A DNA stretch of 64,000 nt from Octopus vulgaris (lineage: Eukaryota). Position numbers and translations under genes: made by a program. Below are positions 1-13,126 of the stretch, one piece after another. Positions within the stretch are counted from its first letter, which is position 1; the number at the start of each line of letters is the position of its first letter. Below the pieces are notes generated by a model. The model was not told the DNA's origin and did no database searches. It saw only the letters and a program-made list of their open reading frames with translations. The DNA lies in NCBI GenBank assembly GCA_951406725.2, contig OX597818.1, forward strand, positions 95,666,001 to 95,730,000, in the 5' to 3' direction.

Positions 1-2065
1 TCTTATCAACAAATTGTTGCTAATGGAAACCATCACCAGATTTTGCCTTGTCAATTAAATCAGCTCTTACGCAAGACCTTATAAAAACCTATTCTTCTTA
101 ACAATAGTATCATAGTTACTCTTGCTGCTGCTGTTGCTGCTGCTGCTGTTGTTGTTGTTGTTGTTGTTTAACTCCAGTTTAGTATTGATTTAATTGCAGG
201 TTGAGAGTTGATCGACCAACAATGCCCATTGTTCTATATTGACTTTTCAGTATTCAGCTGATGAACCAGCTGTGACCATCCCATTTTTATTCAGGTTTAG
301 TGTATATAGAAATATTTAATCCATGTGTTCTTGAATTTTTTTTAAGACAATAGGCTGTGATTTAAGGGAGGTTAAGGGACCAACTACAAGCTCTGTTAAC
401 GATCTCATGTTGTGGTTTGGTCCTTGGTCAGCTCTACATGTTCCAGCTGTGATCTTTCTCTCTTTATTTAGATATAGTGTGTCTTGGACCACATTAAAAA
501 AAATAGTAGGATGTCATTTGAAGGAGATTTGGTTTCTATTTCTAACAGATATTGGCTGTGTAGTTAAGAAGCTTGTTTCCCAACCATGTTGTTCTGAGTT
601 CAGTCTGACTGTGTGGCTCCTTGGGCAAGTGTTCTCTATTATAACCTCAAGGTGACCAAAGCCTTGTGAATGGGTTCAGCAGATGGAAAAGGAAAGACGC
701 CCATCATTTGTGTGGCACCATCACCAGCAGGGCCACCAAGTAACTTGCAAGGCAAGGAATTTTCAGGGTGGTGCCCCAGCATGACTGCAGTCTAGTGACT
801 GAAACAAATAAAAGATAGACTTTTCAATGCTTGCACAGGTCAGACTGTATTTGGAGGCAGATATTCTACAGCTGGATGTCCTTCCTGTTGCCAACCCTTA
901 CCTGTTTCCAAATATGGTAATGTTTCTGCATAGCCAGACATATTTTGTGAAAGACTGGAAATGAACAGCATCAAATCTACACTGTGAAATGGTTGGCATT
1001 TTGAACAGCATCCAGCTATAAAAACCATGCCAAAACTGACCTCACCTGTGCTGGTGCCATGTGAAAAGCACTCAATCCACTCTACAGAGTGGTTGGTGTT
1101 AGAAAGGGCATTCAACTGTAAAAAACCATACCAAAACAGACACAGAAGTCTGGTGTAGTCTTCTATCTGGCCAGCCCCTGTCAAACCACCCAACCCATGC
1201 CAGTATGGAAGATGATTAAATGATGATATGATAATGATGATGATGATGTATATATATATACACACACACACACACACATATACACACATGTCCATATAGT
1301 TGTATATATATATGTATGTGTGTGTGTGTTTGTATATCCTTGTTTGCCATCATGTGATGATTGTAAACAAGCATCACTGTCATACAAGTGATGTTGTTTG
1401 TTTCCAGTCTTCTACAAAATATATGTCTGGCCATGGGGAAATACAACCTTCTTTGGAACCAGGTGAGGGTTGGTAACAGCTGTAGAATATCTGCCTCAGT
1501 AAATTTTGTCTGACTTGTGCAAGCATTGAAAAGTGGATCTTTTATCTTTTACTTGTTTCAGTCATTAGACTGTGGCCATGCTGGGGTACCACCCTGAAAA
1601 ACTTTTAGTTCAATGAGTTGACCTCAGTACTATTTTTTTTAAAGCCTGGTATTTATTCTATTGTTCCCTTTTGCCAAACTTCTAAGTTATAGGGATGTAA
1701 ACACACCAATGCTGGTTGTCAAGCAGTGGTGGTGGGGAACATATACACACACACACACAACAGGCATCTTTTAGTTTCTGTCTACCAAATCCACTCACAA
1801 GGCTTTGGTCAGCCCAAGGCTAAGTAGAAGTTACTTGCCCAAGCTGCCACGCAGTGGGACTGAACCCAGAACCATGTAATTGAAAAGCAAGCCTTTTATC
1901 ATGCAGCCATGTCTGCACCATGCCTGAATGTTAAAAAAATGATGATGAGTGTAATTTCGTGATGGTTTAGCCATTGCCTCACCAAACCTCCTTTTGTTTT
2001 TGAATAATTTCTTCATGTGTAGAATGATAGTTGATAATTACATAACCTTTTATTCTGCTCCCTAG

Positions 2066-2166
2066 CATCCGTGCAGTCTATGGCACTGATGACATGCAAA
2101 ATGCTGTCCATGGCAGTGAGAACATGACATGTGCTGAGAAAGAAATAAAATTCTTTTTTCCAGATA
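2066..2166 (+). CDS. NME5: NME5 (nucleoside diphosphate kinase homolog 5) internal exon, end of NDK domain
   Basis: ctag|...|gtaagt boundaries; translates IRAVYGTDDMQNAVHGSENMTCAEKEIKFFFPD, containing the NDK NxxHGS motif; 101 nt; phase joins the 5251 exon. Earlier exons lie upstream of the window. Confidence 0.9.
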
Positions 2167-3880
2167 GTAAGTTGCTTCTTTTTGTGGATTTGTTTTTTCT
2201 CTCTCTTTTTTTCTTGCTATGAGTGAAGTATGATTGTAAGGGCTCTGAACGCCACCCATTGAACTTGCACCAAATCTTGATTTCTTACTCTGAAGATGTA
2301 TTGTGTAAACATGTGAATAGGAGCATGAGTACATAATCATTCAGCCTGCTAGAAATCACAACTTGCCATCTTTAGGATGGGCATGGCACACTAGATATTT
2401 GTCTGGCTTTCTGCAGTATATCCCCATTAAGTAAGGTAGGTATACAGAATGCTATTTTGAACTAATACTGCTTCTGTTGCCAATAGCAAATATTTTCCTA
2501 GCTTGCCAGCTATTTGCAACACCAGTGATTTGTTAATCAATTTTTTTCTATATCAGCAGAGGCTAAATTTATCTAAGTATGTGGTTGCAAGTGGATACTT
2601 GCTACTGAGAATGCTCAAAGACGCAGAAATGTAGATTTAGCAATTCCACTGTTGCTGCTGGACACTTTGTGTCCACTACTGATATATTCCTGTGATTTTT
2701 AGCGCTATACATCTATATGAGATGCTTTCTTGAGACAAATACTGCAGTTTTTGGCTTTCTACAGTATATCCACACTAAGATTTACATAATTTTATTAAAT
2801 AATATTTTCTACTCTAGGCACAAGGCCTGAAATTTTGGGGGAGGGGTCAGTCAATTAGATCAACCCTAGTACGCAACTGGTACTTAATTTATTCACCCCG
2901 CAAGGATGAAAGGCAAAGTCAACCTTGGCGAAATTTGAACTCAGAACATAAAGACAGATGAAATACCTATTTCTTTACTACCTACAAGGGGCTAAACACA
3001 GAGAGGACAAAGAAGGACAGACAAAGGGATTAAGTCGATTATATTGACTCCAGTGCATAACTGGTACTTATTTAATCAACCCTGAAAGGATGAAAGGCAA
3101 AGTCGACCTCAGCGGAATTTGAACTCATAATGTAGCAGCAGATGAAATACTGCTAAGCATTTCACTCGGTGTGCTAATGTTTCTGCCAGCTTGTCACCTT
3201 ATAATTCTATTACATAATGAAGACTTACATTCCTTCCCTATTCAAAACAAAGATGAGAGGCTAATGGCTAGAATGCATTTGATTTAGGCCTGCTCAGACG
3301 AGGTTCTATACTCAGTCAAGCTAAACATTTGTGAGAATATTCTATGACAGTATATTTAAAAGATATATGGAAAAGATATATTGTAAAGATATACTATGAA
3401 GAGATACCATGAAGACATACTGGAAAGATATATCACAATGATATACTGTGACGGCATTAGTATATATTGTGAAAATGTGTCTTTCATTTTTTATTCTTTT
3501 ACTTGTCACAGTCATTAGGTTGTGGCCATGCTGGGGCACCACGTTGAAGAATTTTAGTCAAATGAATCAACCTTAGTACTTAATTTTTTTAAAAAACTTG
3601 GCACTGTTCTATTGGTCTCTTTTGCCAAACTGTTAAGTTACAGGGAGATAAACACACCAAAGCTGGTTTCCAAGTGGCAGTGGAGCACAAACACACACAT
3701 ACATATATATACAATGGGCTTCTTTCAGTTTCCATTTATCAAGTCCATTCACAAGGCTTTGGTGGGTCCAGGGCTGTAGCAAAAAACACCACTGAATCGG
3801 GAACCATGTGGTTAGGAAGCAAACTTCTGACCACACAACCACACCTGCATCTATATTAGTATTTAATAAATATGTGCGTA

Positions 3881-4180
3881 GTGGAGGCACATGGCCAAGT
3901 GGTTAGAGCAGTGGACTCATGGTCAAGGGATCACAGGTTCGAATCTCAGACTGGGTGATGTGTGTGTTTATGAGTGAAACACCTAAGCTCCACATGCCTC
4001 CAGCAAAAGGTAATGGCAAACTTCTGCTGACTCTCTTGCCACAACTTTCTCTCATTCTTTCCTCCTGCATCTAGTAGCTCACCTGTAACAGACCGGCATC
4101 TTGTCCAGCTGGGGAACCTATACACCAAGGAAACCATCCCTTATGAGCCAAGCATGGCTTAAGAAGGAACAAACAACAAC
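3881..4180 (+). mobile_element. tRNA-derived SINE (family also at 29520 and 62845)
   Basis: Head tggaggcacatggccaagtggttagagcagtggactc...ggttcgaatct contains Pol III A/B boxes; (AAC)-rich tail; near-identical copy at 29520. Confidence 0.75.
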
Positions 4181-5250
4181 AAATGTGTGTATGGTTAAGA
4201 AACCTACTTCCCATTCATGATTTCATGTGACTTTGGGTTCAGTCTCACTGCACTACACCTTGGGCAAGTGTCTTCTACTATAGCCCCAAACCAACTAAAG
4301 CCTCGTGGGTGGATTTGGTAGCCAGAAACTGAAATCTATTTGTATATAATCAACAATGTTCTGAGTACTGTGGTTATTGCTTTCTTTGTAAATACTGTTA
4401 ACTTTCTACTAACCAAGTGCCTCAGTGCCATAAAAATACAAACCAAAGTATGTTTTATGTCACTATGATATTGTGGGGACGAAATGAATAGGAAGGAAAG
4501 GGCTGTGACATCAAGCCCCACCAGGACAGGAAGTGAGAGAGAGGCTGTAAGGGAAGCAAGACTAACATCGTCCTCTTTTGGTCTGGGGCAGTGGTAGTGA
4601 ACAGATGTGAGTGGACAAGCGAGTGAGCAGGGATTGATAGTAGCAGGTGAGAGGGGTAGGGCACATGTTTAGACTTAACGCAGCTGGACAACCAACAACG
4701 AGAGGTCAGTGAACCGTATTTTATTCCCTGCATTACAGTTCCTTTATTTCACAAATATATTCTTACATTATGTCTGTCTATCTAAAATCCATAAAACTTC
4801 ATTACAATGTTTATTTCATGTTACTGCTTAAGCAATGTATTCTCATATATATATATATAATGGTGCATTCTCATCTTTCTTAGTATCTCTCTCACTCCCT
4901 CTCTATTACAACTCCATCTAACTATTTTTTTCCCAATTTTTGTACTGTCACAATTTATATTTCTTTTCCTTTTTCTATTTTTGTTCCTCTTTTTCCATTT
5001 TTGTTTTTGAATATCGGATAAACAGATATGTATACACTAACATTATATAAACGTTACATATGATTGATTTTAATGATGTTAATTTTATATCATTAGGGAT
5101 TTCTCATATTGTTTTTGTTTGTTCTGTTTTATACCATGCATAATAGTATTTCATGTGTTATGGTGAGATGTTCTTATTTTATTTCACCATTCTAAAGAGA
5201 TTTCCACATTGATTAGGCTGACTGTTATAAATATAAGAATTTTTCTACAG

Positions 5251-5369
5251 GCATTCCTGACAATTTGCTGTCTCCTGAAGCAATGGATAATTATATGTCA
5301 AAACATATAAACCCAACCTTATTAAAAGGACTGACACAATTGTGTAAGGCGAAACCCATAGATCCTATA
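5251..5369 (+). CDS. NME5: NME5 exon, Dpy-30 motif
   Basis: ctacag|...|gtaagt; translates SIPDNLLSPEAMDNYMSKHINPTLLKGLTQLCKAKPIDPI, typical of the NME5 Dpy-30 motif (PTLLxGLTxLCKxKPxDP). Confidence 0.9.
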
Positions 5370-5678
5370 GTAAGTAGCATATTTCATTTCATTCTTTCTT
5401 TTCACTTAATAATACATACATTCTTAAGATGCTTGCTTTCCAACTTCCTGGTTCAGTCACACTGCTTGGCACCTTGGATAAGTGTCTTTTACTATAGCCT
5501 CAGGCTGATCAAAGCCTTGTGAGTGGATTTGGTTGACGGAAACTGAATGAAGTCCATCGTATATATACATATATATAATATGTTTTAATAAGTACCATGC
5601 TTTACCATTTTTGCTTATTAAAATAATAATGAAACAATCAATATATTACACTAATCTTTTATTGATTTATGATTTCAG

Positions 5679-5741
5679 ACTTATATTGCTGACTGGCTCA
5701 TTGAAAACAATCCCAACAAGCCACAAGTGAAACACAATTAA
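5679..5741 (+). CDS. NME5: NME5 last coding exon
   Basis: tttcag| then TYIADWLIENNPNKPQVKHN*, matching the NME5 C-terminal ADWLxxNNPNKP. Confidence 0.9.
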   Translation, partial: TYIADWLIENNPNKPQVKHN

Positions 5742-6503
5742 ACGATAATAATAAACATCTCAAATTCATTCATGCAGTTTGTTGTTTTCCCAAACATCCA
5801 CAACAGTAAGTTTTTTGATGTAAGGGCGTGGTTAGATCCCTGATGAACATAGGGTTTCTCACTGCCAGCCAAAATGTTACCACCATCACATCATTGTGTC
5901 CGCTTAGTCGTCTGTATTATGTTAGACACAATACACTGGTGCAAGAAGCAGAAGCATAGCATAGGAAGCAAGTGTTCAGTTAGCTTTCAGTGCTAAGTTC
6001 ACTTTTTTCTGTAGGACTGAAGAATATATTTGGACATCAGTCCAATGTCAGATTTTACTGACACTTACATGGCTGTATCATTAAGAAGTTTGCTTCCCAA
6101 CCACATGACTTTCAGGTTCAGTCCCACTGCGTGGCACCTTAGGTAAGCATCTTTCATTATAGCCTTGAACCATGAGTGGATTTAGTAAATGGAAGCCAAA
6201 AAAAGCCTGTTATATATGTATGTGTATATATATGTATGTATATATATATGTGTGTCTCCTTCTCTTGATCTTGTATAAGATGTGTATTACTGTCATACAA
6301 GCAGTGCCATTCATTTCCAACATTCTGCATAAACATGTCTAGATACAGAAAAATATCACCTTGCTTGGAGACAGGTGAGTATTAATAGCAGGAAGGGTAT
6401 CCAGCTGTAGAAAATCTGCCTCAGTGAACTTTGAAAAACTGAGAAAAAGTACTTTTTTCACCACAGAAAGAAAAATAAAATACAGACGTGTCTTTGTAAC
6501 TAC

Positions 6504-7903
6504 AACCATATTTAAGGGCGCATTGTTGAGAGTATGGATGATGCAATCACTGTTGGACAGGCACTTGTTTATGTATTCAGTTTTGGCCTCATTGAGGTAA
6601 AGACCTACACAATTTGAGGCTTGTTCAAGAGATTGTAAAAGAGACTGGGCATTGGAGAGAGAATCACTGATAAGAGTGATGTCGTCAGCAAAGTCAGTGT
6701 CTGTCAAGTACTCAGCTGGGTGTCTGGAACTTCTTCTTGGTTTTATTTCAAAGCCCTTGCCAGAGATGGTATCAACTGACATACGTAGCACATAATCAAC
6801 AACAATGATGAAAAGAAATGGGGCGAGTGTGTCTCCCTGCAGTATTCCGGCTTTGATTGAGAAAGATGATGTTTCTCCGTCAGGGGTTAAGATGGTTGAA
6901 GACGTATCTGTGTAGAGGACCTTGATGGCAGAAATGATTTTGTCTGGTATCCCATAGAGCTTAAGGATTTCAAACATCTTATACCTATCTACAGAATCAA
7001 ACGCTTTAGAAAAGTCTACAAATACCATTGCAAGATTGCGATTAAATGCTTTTGATTCTTCAATAAGTCTGTGTAGGCATAGTATCTGGCTCAGTGTTGA
7101 GCGCCCATGTCTGAATCCATTTTGGTTCTTTCGGAGCAAAGGTTCAACAAAAAGGACAAGACGATTTAGGATCAGTTTGTTGTACAGTTTTGCAGCAATT
7201 GACATTAGAGATATACCCCTATAGTTGGTGACGAGGGATAAATCGCCTTTTATACATAAACAAGTGCCTGTCCAACAGTGATTGCATCATCCATACTCTC
7301 AACAATGCGCCCTTAAATATGGTTTCTGATTATAAATATCTTGGGTCATACATATCATCAACTGGAAAAGACTTTCTAACTAGAAAGGGTATGGCCTGGT
7401 CAGCCTGTAATGACATGCATAAGATCTGGTCATCAAATCTAAGTAGAGACTTCAAACTTGAAATCTTCAAAGCCACAGTCGAACCAATTCTACTATATGG
7501 CTCAGAAACCTGGACATTATCAAAGAAGCTTGAGAGGCGGTTGGATGGAACCTACACTCGCCTCCTTATGAGAGCTCAAAATCTCTCGTGGAAGCGCCAT
7601 CCAACCAAAATGCAAATATATGGGAAACTACCACCTGTGTCATCTCTTGTGAAAGGTAGGAGAGTCCAGTTTGCTGGACATTGTTGTAGAGCTGAAAAAG
7701 AAGTAATTTCTACTCTTCTCCTCTGGAAGCCATCTACTCGCAATACCAGAGGGCGCACACTCTCCTACCCTGATGTAATCTCCAGGGATACAGGCATCCA
7801 GCAACAGGACCTCCGTAATGCCATGATGGACCGTGAAGTCTGGCATAGCATGGTAAATTCCATTGTCTCGACCACGGTCGAACAATGATGATGATGATGA
7901 TGA
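6504..7903. mobile_element. RTE-group non-LTR retrotransposon, 5'-truncated and 5'-inverted (6504-7251 minus, 7252-7903 plus)
   Basis: Minus ORF has RT motifs QNGFR, FVDFSKAFDS, GILQGDTLAP, DFADD. Plus ORF has YKYLGS, LLYGSETW and the C-terminal region. (TGA)n tail; TSD TGTAACTACAAC at 6495-6506 and 7904-7915. Confidence 0.92.
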
Positions 7904-8386
7904 TGTAACTACAACTAACAGCCAAATCTCTCTTAAAACACACCCTTTCATCAAAAGAAAGATTTACTGTATTTCAGGAAGAAAAAAAAAATGCAACAGG
8001 TCTGCTACATCAGAGGCAACTTTGGGCTAAAAAAAACAGTCAAACATACTTCACATTAAAAGATTATATATTAAATAATACTAATAAAATTGACAGTATA
8101 TCTTTGAAGTTTCGTTCCCTGGTAAAACTCCATGTATTTTAAACATTTTCTCATTATATGACATATTGTTGAAGCCAACCTTGTTTTCAATGTTATTTTT
8201 ATAGTAAAAAAGTTGTGCAAAAAAAAACAACTTTATTTGGTAGCTGAAAGATGTCAAAATTGGCAACTCAGTTTTTGAATTCATAAGGAACATAGGCACA
8301 CACACACAAATTCTGTTTTATATATATATATTAGAAATATTAAATTTCTAGATATCTCAGAGAGATATGAGCGGTGGTGGAACGAT

Positions 8387-8758
8387 AGAGCTGTTGTACA
8401 CTGTCAACATAACGTGACAGTCCCGTAAAGGGAATTACACCACCGCTATTTAGCCCTAGGAAGCATCAACGCTTCCTGTCGGCCTTGACACATTTCCTGT
8501 GTCCTTATGATTACAAAGGGGAAACAAGAACCTCCAACAGCTAGGCCCACATCCAGACTGATGATGAGCAAGACTCAGAAACATGTCTCTAGATGCGGGC
8601 CTAGCTGTTGGGGGTGCTTGTATCCCCTTTGTTAACTTAAGGACACAGGAAATGTGTCAAGGCTGACAGGCAGCGTTGATGCTTCCTAGGGCTAAATAGC
8701 AGTGGTGTAATTCCCTCTATGGGACTGTCACATTAAGTTGACAGTGTACAACTGCTCT
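8387..8758. repeat. Imperfect fold-back inverted repeat, ~170-bp arms with 30-nt loop (MITE-like or hairpin)
   Basis: 8387-8557 is the reverse complement of 8588-8758 with scattered substitutions. Confidence 0.9.
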
Positions 8759-9560
8759 CTCTCAAACCCAGCGTCCACCTACTCCCTCCACAACACTAGT
8801 CTCAAAAAGTCTTCATGTGAACGTGACCTGGGTGTTATTGTCGACAGTGATTTGCGTTGGACAAAACACATCGCTAAAATTGTCAAGAAGGCTGAGGGTG
8901 TCTTGGCATCACTCACCAAATCCTTTGTGAGCCGCTCTCCGGCTATCTATCTGCGGCTTTATATAGCTATGGTAAGACCTCACCTGGAATTTGCATCACC
9001 GGTCTGGAACCCCTATCTTGCCCAGGATATCAATCGTCTGGAAGCTGTTCAGCGACGTGCAACCAAAAGAATACCCTCCATCAGGCATTTGCCATATCCT
9101 GAACGCCTTACTTCCCTGGGCATGGACACATTGAAACTCCGACGTCTGGCAGCTGACTTGGCAGACACCCATAAAATTATCAACCATCGTACAAACAATA
9201 ACTATGAGCACCTCTTCAAACTCCACCCATCTATCACCCGTGGACACATTTACAAAGTAAGAAAACAGCACAGCTCCCATGACTTCAGGAAACATTTTTT
9301 CATGCTGAGAGTTGCTGAAGCATGGAACAAACTGCCGGCATCGGTTGTTAGTTGTCGGAGCACTGCATCCTTCAAAACTTCCATGCTTCCTGAGATTCGC
9401 CAACACTACACTTGATTTTCTCCCCTCCATACACACACAAGCATGTATCTGACTCATACATTGTTCGCTTTCCAGACATTTCTACATTACTGCATGTACT
9501 TTATATGCACTTTCTGACAAGTTGTGGTGCACCTGAGCACTGTATACAATAATTTCATTA
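8759..9560 (+). mobile_element. CR1/L2-group LINE 3' fragment with 3' UTR
   Basis: ORF 8738-9415 contains ERDLGVIVDSDL, VRPHLEFASPVWNP, LEAVQRRATK and TRGH...FF...WNKLP, typical of the CR1 RT C-terminus; (ATT)-type tail. Confidence 0.88.
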
Positions 9561-12500
9561 TATATCATTATATATATAGATAGATAAAAATATAAACAGC
9601 CGTGCACAAGGTGTTACTATGAAGGAAAAATGATTGTCACTAAACATGACTGATAGTGTCAAGACACCTACATTGCTAGAAATAAGAGCTAAAATGCTCT
9701 AATGTTGTAGTAAAAGTACATAATTGTATACATATATGCTCATGGGGCTGTAATCACCCAAAAACACCGGATCAAGAATTTCCTATACTGAACATTCAGT
9801 TTCGGTTATCTTTATAGCCTCTTCAGTAAAGACCACTCATTTGACTATTTCTGAGCTTAATCACCATCAGCATATGTATTTTCCAAATGAAAGTTTGTAG
9901 CTTAGTGGTTAGGGCATTTGGTTCATGATTGTAAAGTCAGGAGTTCAATTCCGACATTGTGTCCTTGGGCAAGACATTTTATTTCATGTTACTCCAGTCC
10001 ACTCAGCTGGTAAAAATGAGTAGTACATGTATTTCAAAAGACCAGCATTGTCACATTGTGTGTCATGCAGAATCGTTGAGAACTACATTAAGGTCTTTGG
10101 AGTACTCAGCCACTTGCATGTTAAGACCCATGCCAAATCAGACTGAAACCTAGTGCAGTTCCCCAGCTAACTAATTTTCAGTCAAACCGTCCAACTCATG
10201 CCAGCATGGAAAATGGATGATAATGATATACTGAAAGAGAGAGAGGGTACAAAGAAACTAAAATTTCTGAAAACCAATGCTAAGAAATACTCTTTATTTC
10301 TGTTCTACACTGTACATTAGTCGATCCTTGAACAATTCCATTGTGTCTTTGAGCAAGAGACTTTAATTTCTCTCTGATCCACCTGGCAAGAATGAGTTAT
10401 ACCTGAAATTTAAAGGGCCAACTTTGTTACATTTTGTATCATGCTAAATCTCCCTAAATACATTAAGGTACATGTCTGTGGAGCACTCAGCCACTTGCAA
10501 GTTAATTTCAGGAGCAGGCTATTTGGCTGATCACATCAACTGGCACACTTGTCCTCATAACTGACGGAGAGCTAGGCCTCAGTGGGCATTACCTAATTTA
10601 AATACTGTATTTTCCAACATATAAATCAATGTAGTATAAAGTGTAAACATTTAAACATCATTACTAACTTTCAAAATTTCACAAGGAAATTTTGGTCCTT
10701 CAAAGTCCCTTTTTTCAGCTGTAAATGTTAATCTAAAAAATTTGACTTGTATGCCAGAAAATATGGTACATCTCACTAAATTTATCATGTACAATGCTTA
10801 ATACTTGTTTTAGAATATTTATTGTCACTATAATGAATGTATTGTCTCAGCTATAACACTTCTCATTTGACTGCAAATCCAACCTCATGAATTGGATTTA
10901 AATTTTAATGACTCATTAACAAGTAAAAACTGAAAATAAACTTATAAGAAGTCTTAAATAGAAGTTTAATAATGGAGAAAACAAACACACATAGCTGTAA
11001 ATATTAAGCTGGTGAGTCAAACTCTCCCATACCTTTTTATATTGGGTCGATAATATATTATGCTAAAATACTGAGAGGCCATAGAGCATAGTGGTTGGGG
11101 TGTTATACTCGTGATCTTGACATCAGTGTCAATTCTTGAACCGGGAGGTTCATTGTGTTCTTGAGCAAAACACTCCATTTCACTTTGTTCTGTGATCACT
11201 TTAACACCTGGCGTGTGGTACACCATGCACCTGTTCAGACAGAGGGAGTGATGCTAATGTACAGCACAATCATTCCTGCAGGTTGTTCACCAAGAAATTG
11301 CAGAACTGCCTTTCTCAGACTTTGAAAGACTACCATCATCATCATCATCATCATCATCATGTTAAAATATTTGTCTGTTTTTTTTTTATCTGATTACCAG
11401 CACTACTTTTATTTCACAATGGATTAGGTTAGGGTCAGCAGGAGAAAAATAGTGACTAATCAACCTCTGATATAAAGTTACAAAATTACACAAGAAAAAA
11501 AAAATATTGAAAATTTCAAAATCCATCACATCCAAGTAAGCATTAAAAAGAAATAATGGGAAGCAGTTTTTAAAAACAATTGAATTTATATTCTATTTCA
11601 CTTCAGTTTAAGAAAAAAACATTACATAAATATTTTAAGGAATATGCCTTCAATGGTTGTTGGTTGCTTTTGATGTGGCTTCACTTTGAACTTGACAGCA
11701 GATTTTCTCTGCACCCACATTTTTCTTGAGGACATTGATATGCAAGTATAGATATGGGTACCAACTGTATCAATCTCACCAGTCTGGGAAAGCCGAGAAC
11801 TAATTTTTTTCTTTCTTTTATTTTACATCTCATCCTGCCATGTTACTAGTATGGCAATAAAGTATTTTGTGAATTTGCAGCAATTCTTATTATAAGTAGA
11901 TATCTTTCTTAGACCAAATGACTCGGTCATTTAGTAGGGAACATAATTTATGGTATCAACTTGATAGACTAAAAGAAGTCTAGTATCTTATCTGAGACCA
12001 CAGCACAATGGTTAGTCATTCACACAGAGCTCAATAAAGCACAACTAGAACTACAAATCCTATTGTTAGCAGTCTAGTTTAGCATCTTAACTCAATCATG
12101 TGCCATATATTATATATATATTTATAAAGATTTTTTAATTAGCTAATTTGCTTGTAAAATCAATGACTGCATGTCACTTGATTTCTATATATTGTGAGCA
12201 GGAGTGAACTACTGCTATTTCTAGTGGATGAGTGTCCACTACCAAAGATGACCCACAAAGAGGTTGAAACTGTACGGCCTGATGGTCTTGTGGCTAGAGG
12301 ATGGTGGGGGTCCACTCCCCTGCTTGCAATATATATTGAGTACAGATTGCATTGAATAATCAGCTGGAGGTGTTTTCCTAGGGTTAAAAATAGCAGTAAT
12401 ATCAGTTCCTATGGAACAGCCATGTTTAAATGGCAATAGATATTATTTCTTATTTACTGTTTTTTTTTTTTTCAGTCTATTTCTGTGTTGAAAAATGGGT

Positions 12501-12912
12501 TAGATAGGCTTTTCTTTTTCTTTTTTATTATTTTCTTAAAAATTAAAATATTTTATACAACAATAAATTTGTAAATTTGATGTAAATTTTTTGCTTACAG
12601 CTTGGTGGATAACTATGCTTTAATTGAAAACAGCTTGAAGCAGCATTAATGAATGGTATTCAAACAGGGAGCAAATAATGACTGCCACAGTGTTTAAACA
12701 CATGATCTTGTGGTTAGTAGTTACCCAGTAATATAACTGCTACCTACTGTAATTTTGTATAACAAATATTGAAGTAAATGAGATTTGGGGGAGTAGAGTA
12801 CGGCTTGAAGTTCTAGTGCCATTTGATAAAAAAATACAGAGGAACATATAATTATTTTTTCATATTGAATATTAACGAAAGATTTTATTGAAAAATTCTT
12901 CAGTGTACTTAA

Positions 12913-13126
12913 CCCTTTTGTTACCATCTGTTGAAATGCACTGCTTTTGTTTCAATTAATTTCGAAAATAATGAAGAATTTAGTAAAATAATTTTGCGAT
13001 TATTAAGCTGATGTTTGGAACTTGAATTTACAAAATTTTGATGGAAAATTTTAATTTAGATCACTTTAAAACATGGAGCTTTTATCATAGAACCAGGATG
13101 GTCCAGGCAGGTTTGTACCAAAAGGG
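12913..13126. mobile_element. piggyBac-type MITE
   Basis: TTAA|CCCTTTTGTTAC ... GTACCAAAAGGG|TTAA; related fragments near 24981, 37788, 45740 and 62257. Confidence 0.75.

Noticed and set aside
840-1446. ORFs with HTHIYI/VCVC repeats (also 57586-58069 and 59329-59704)
   Set aside because: Translations of microsatellites and SINE/LINE tails.
3881-3960. tRNA gene (also 29520 and 62845)
   Set aside because: The tRNA-like head continues into a SINE body with tail and, at 29520, a TSD; no complete cloverleaf.
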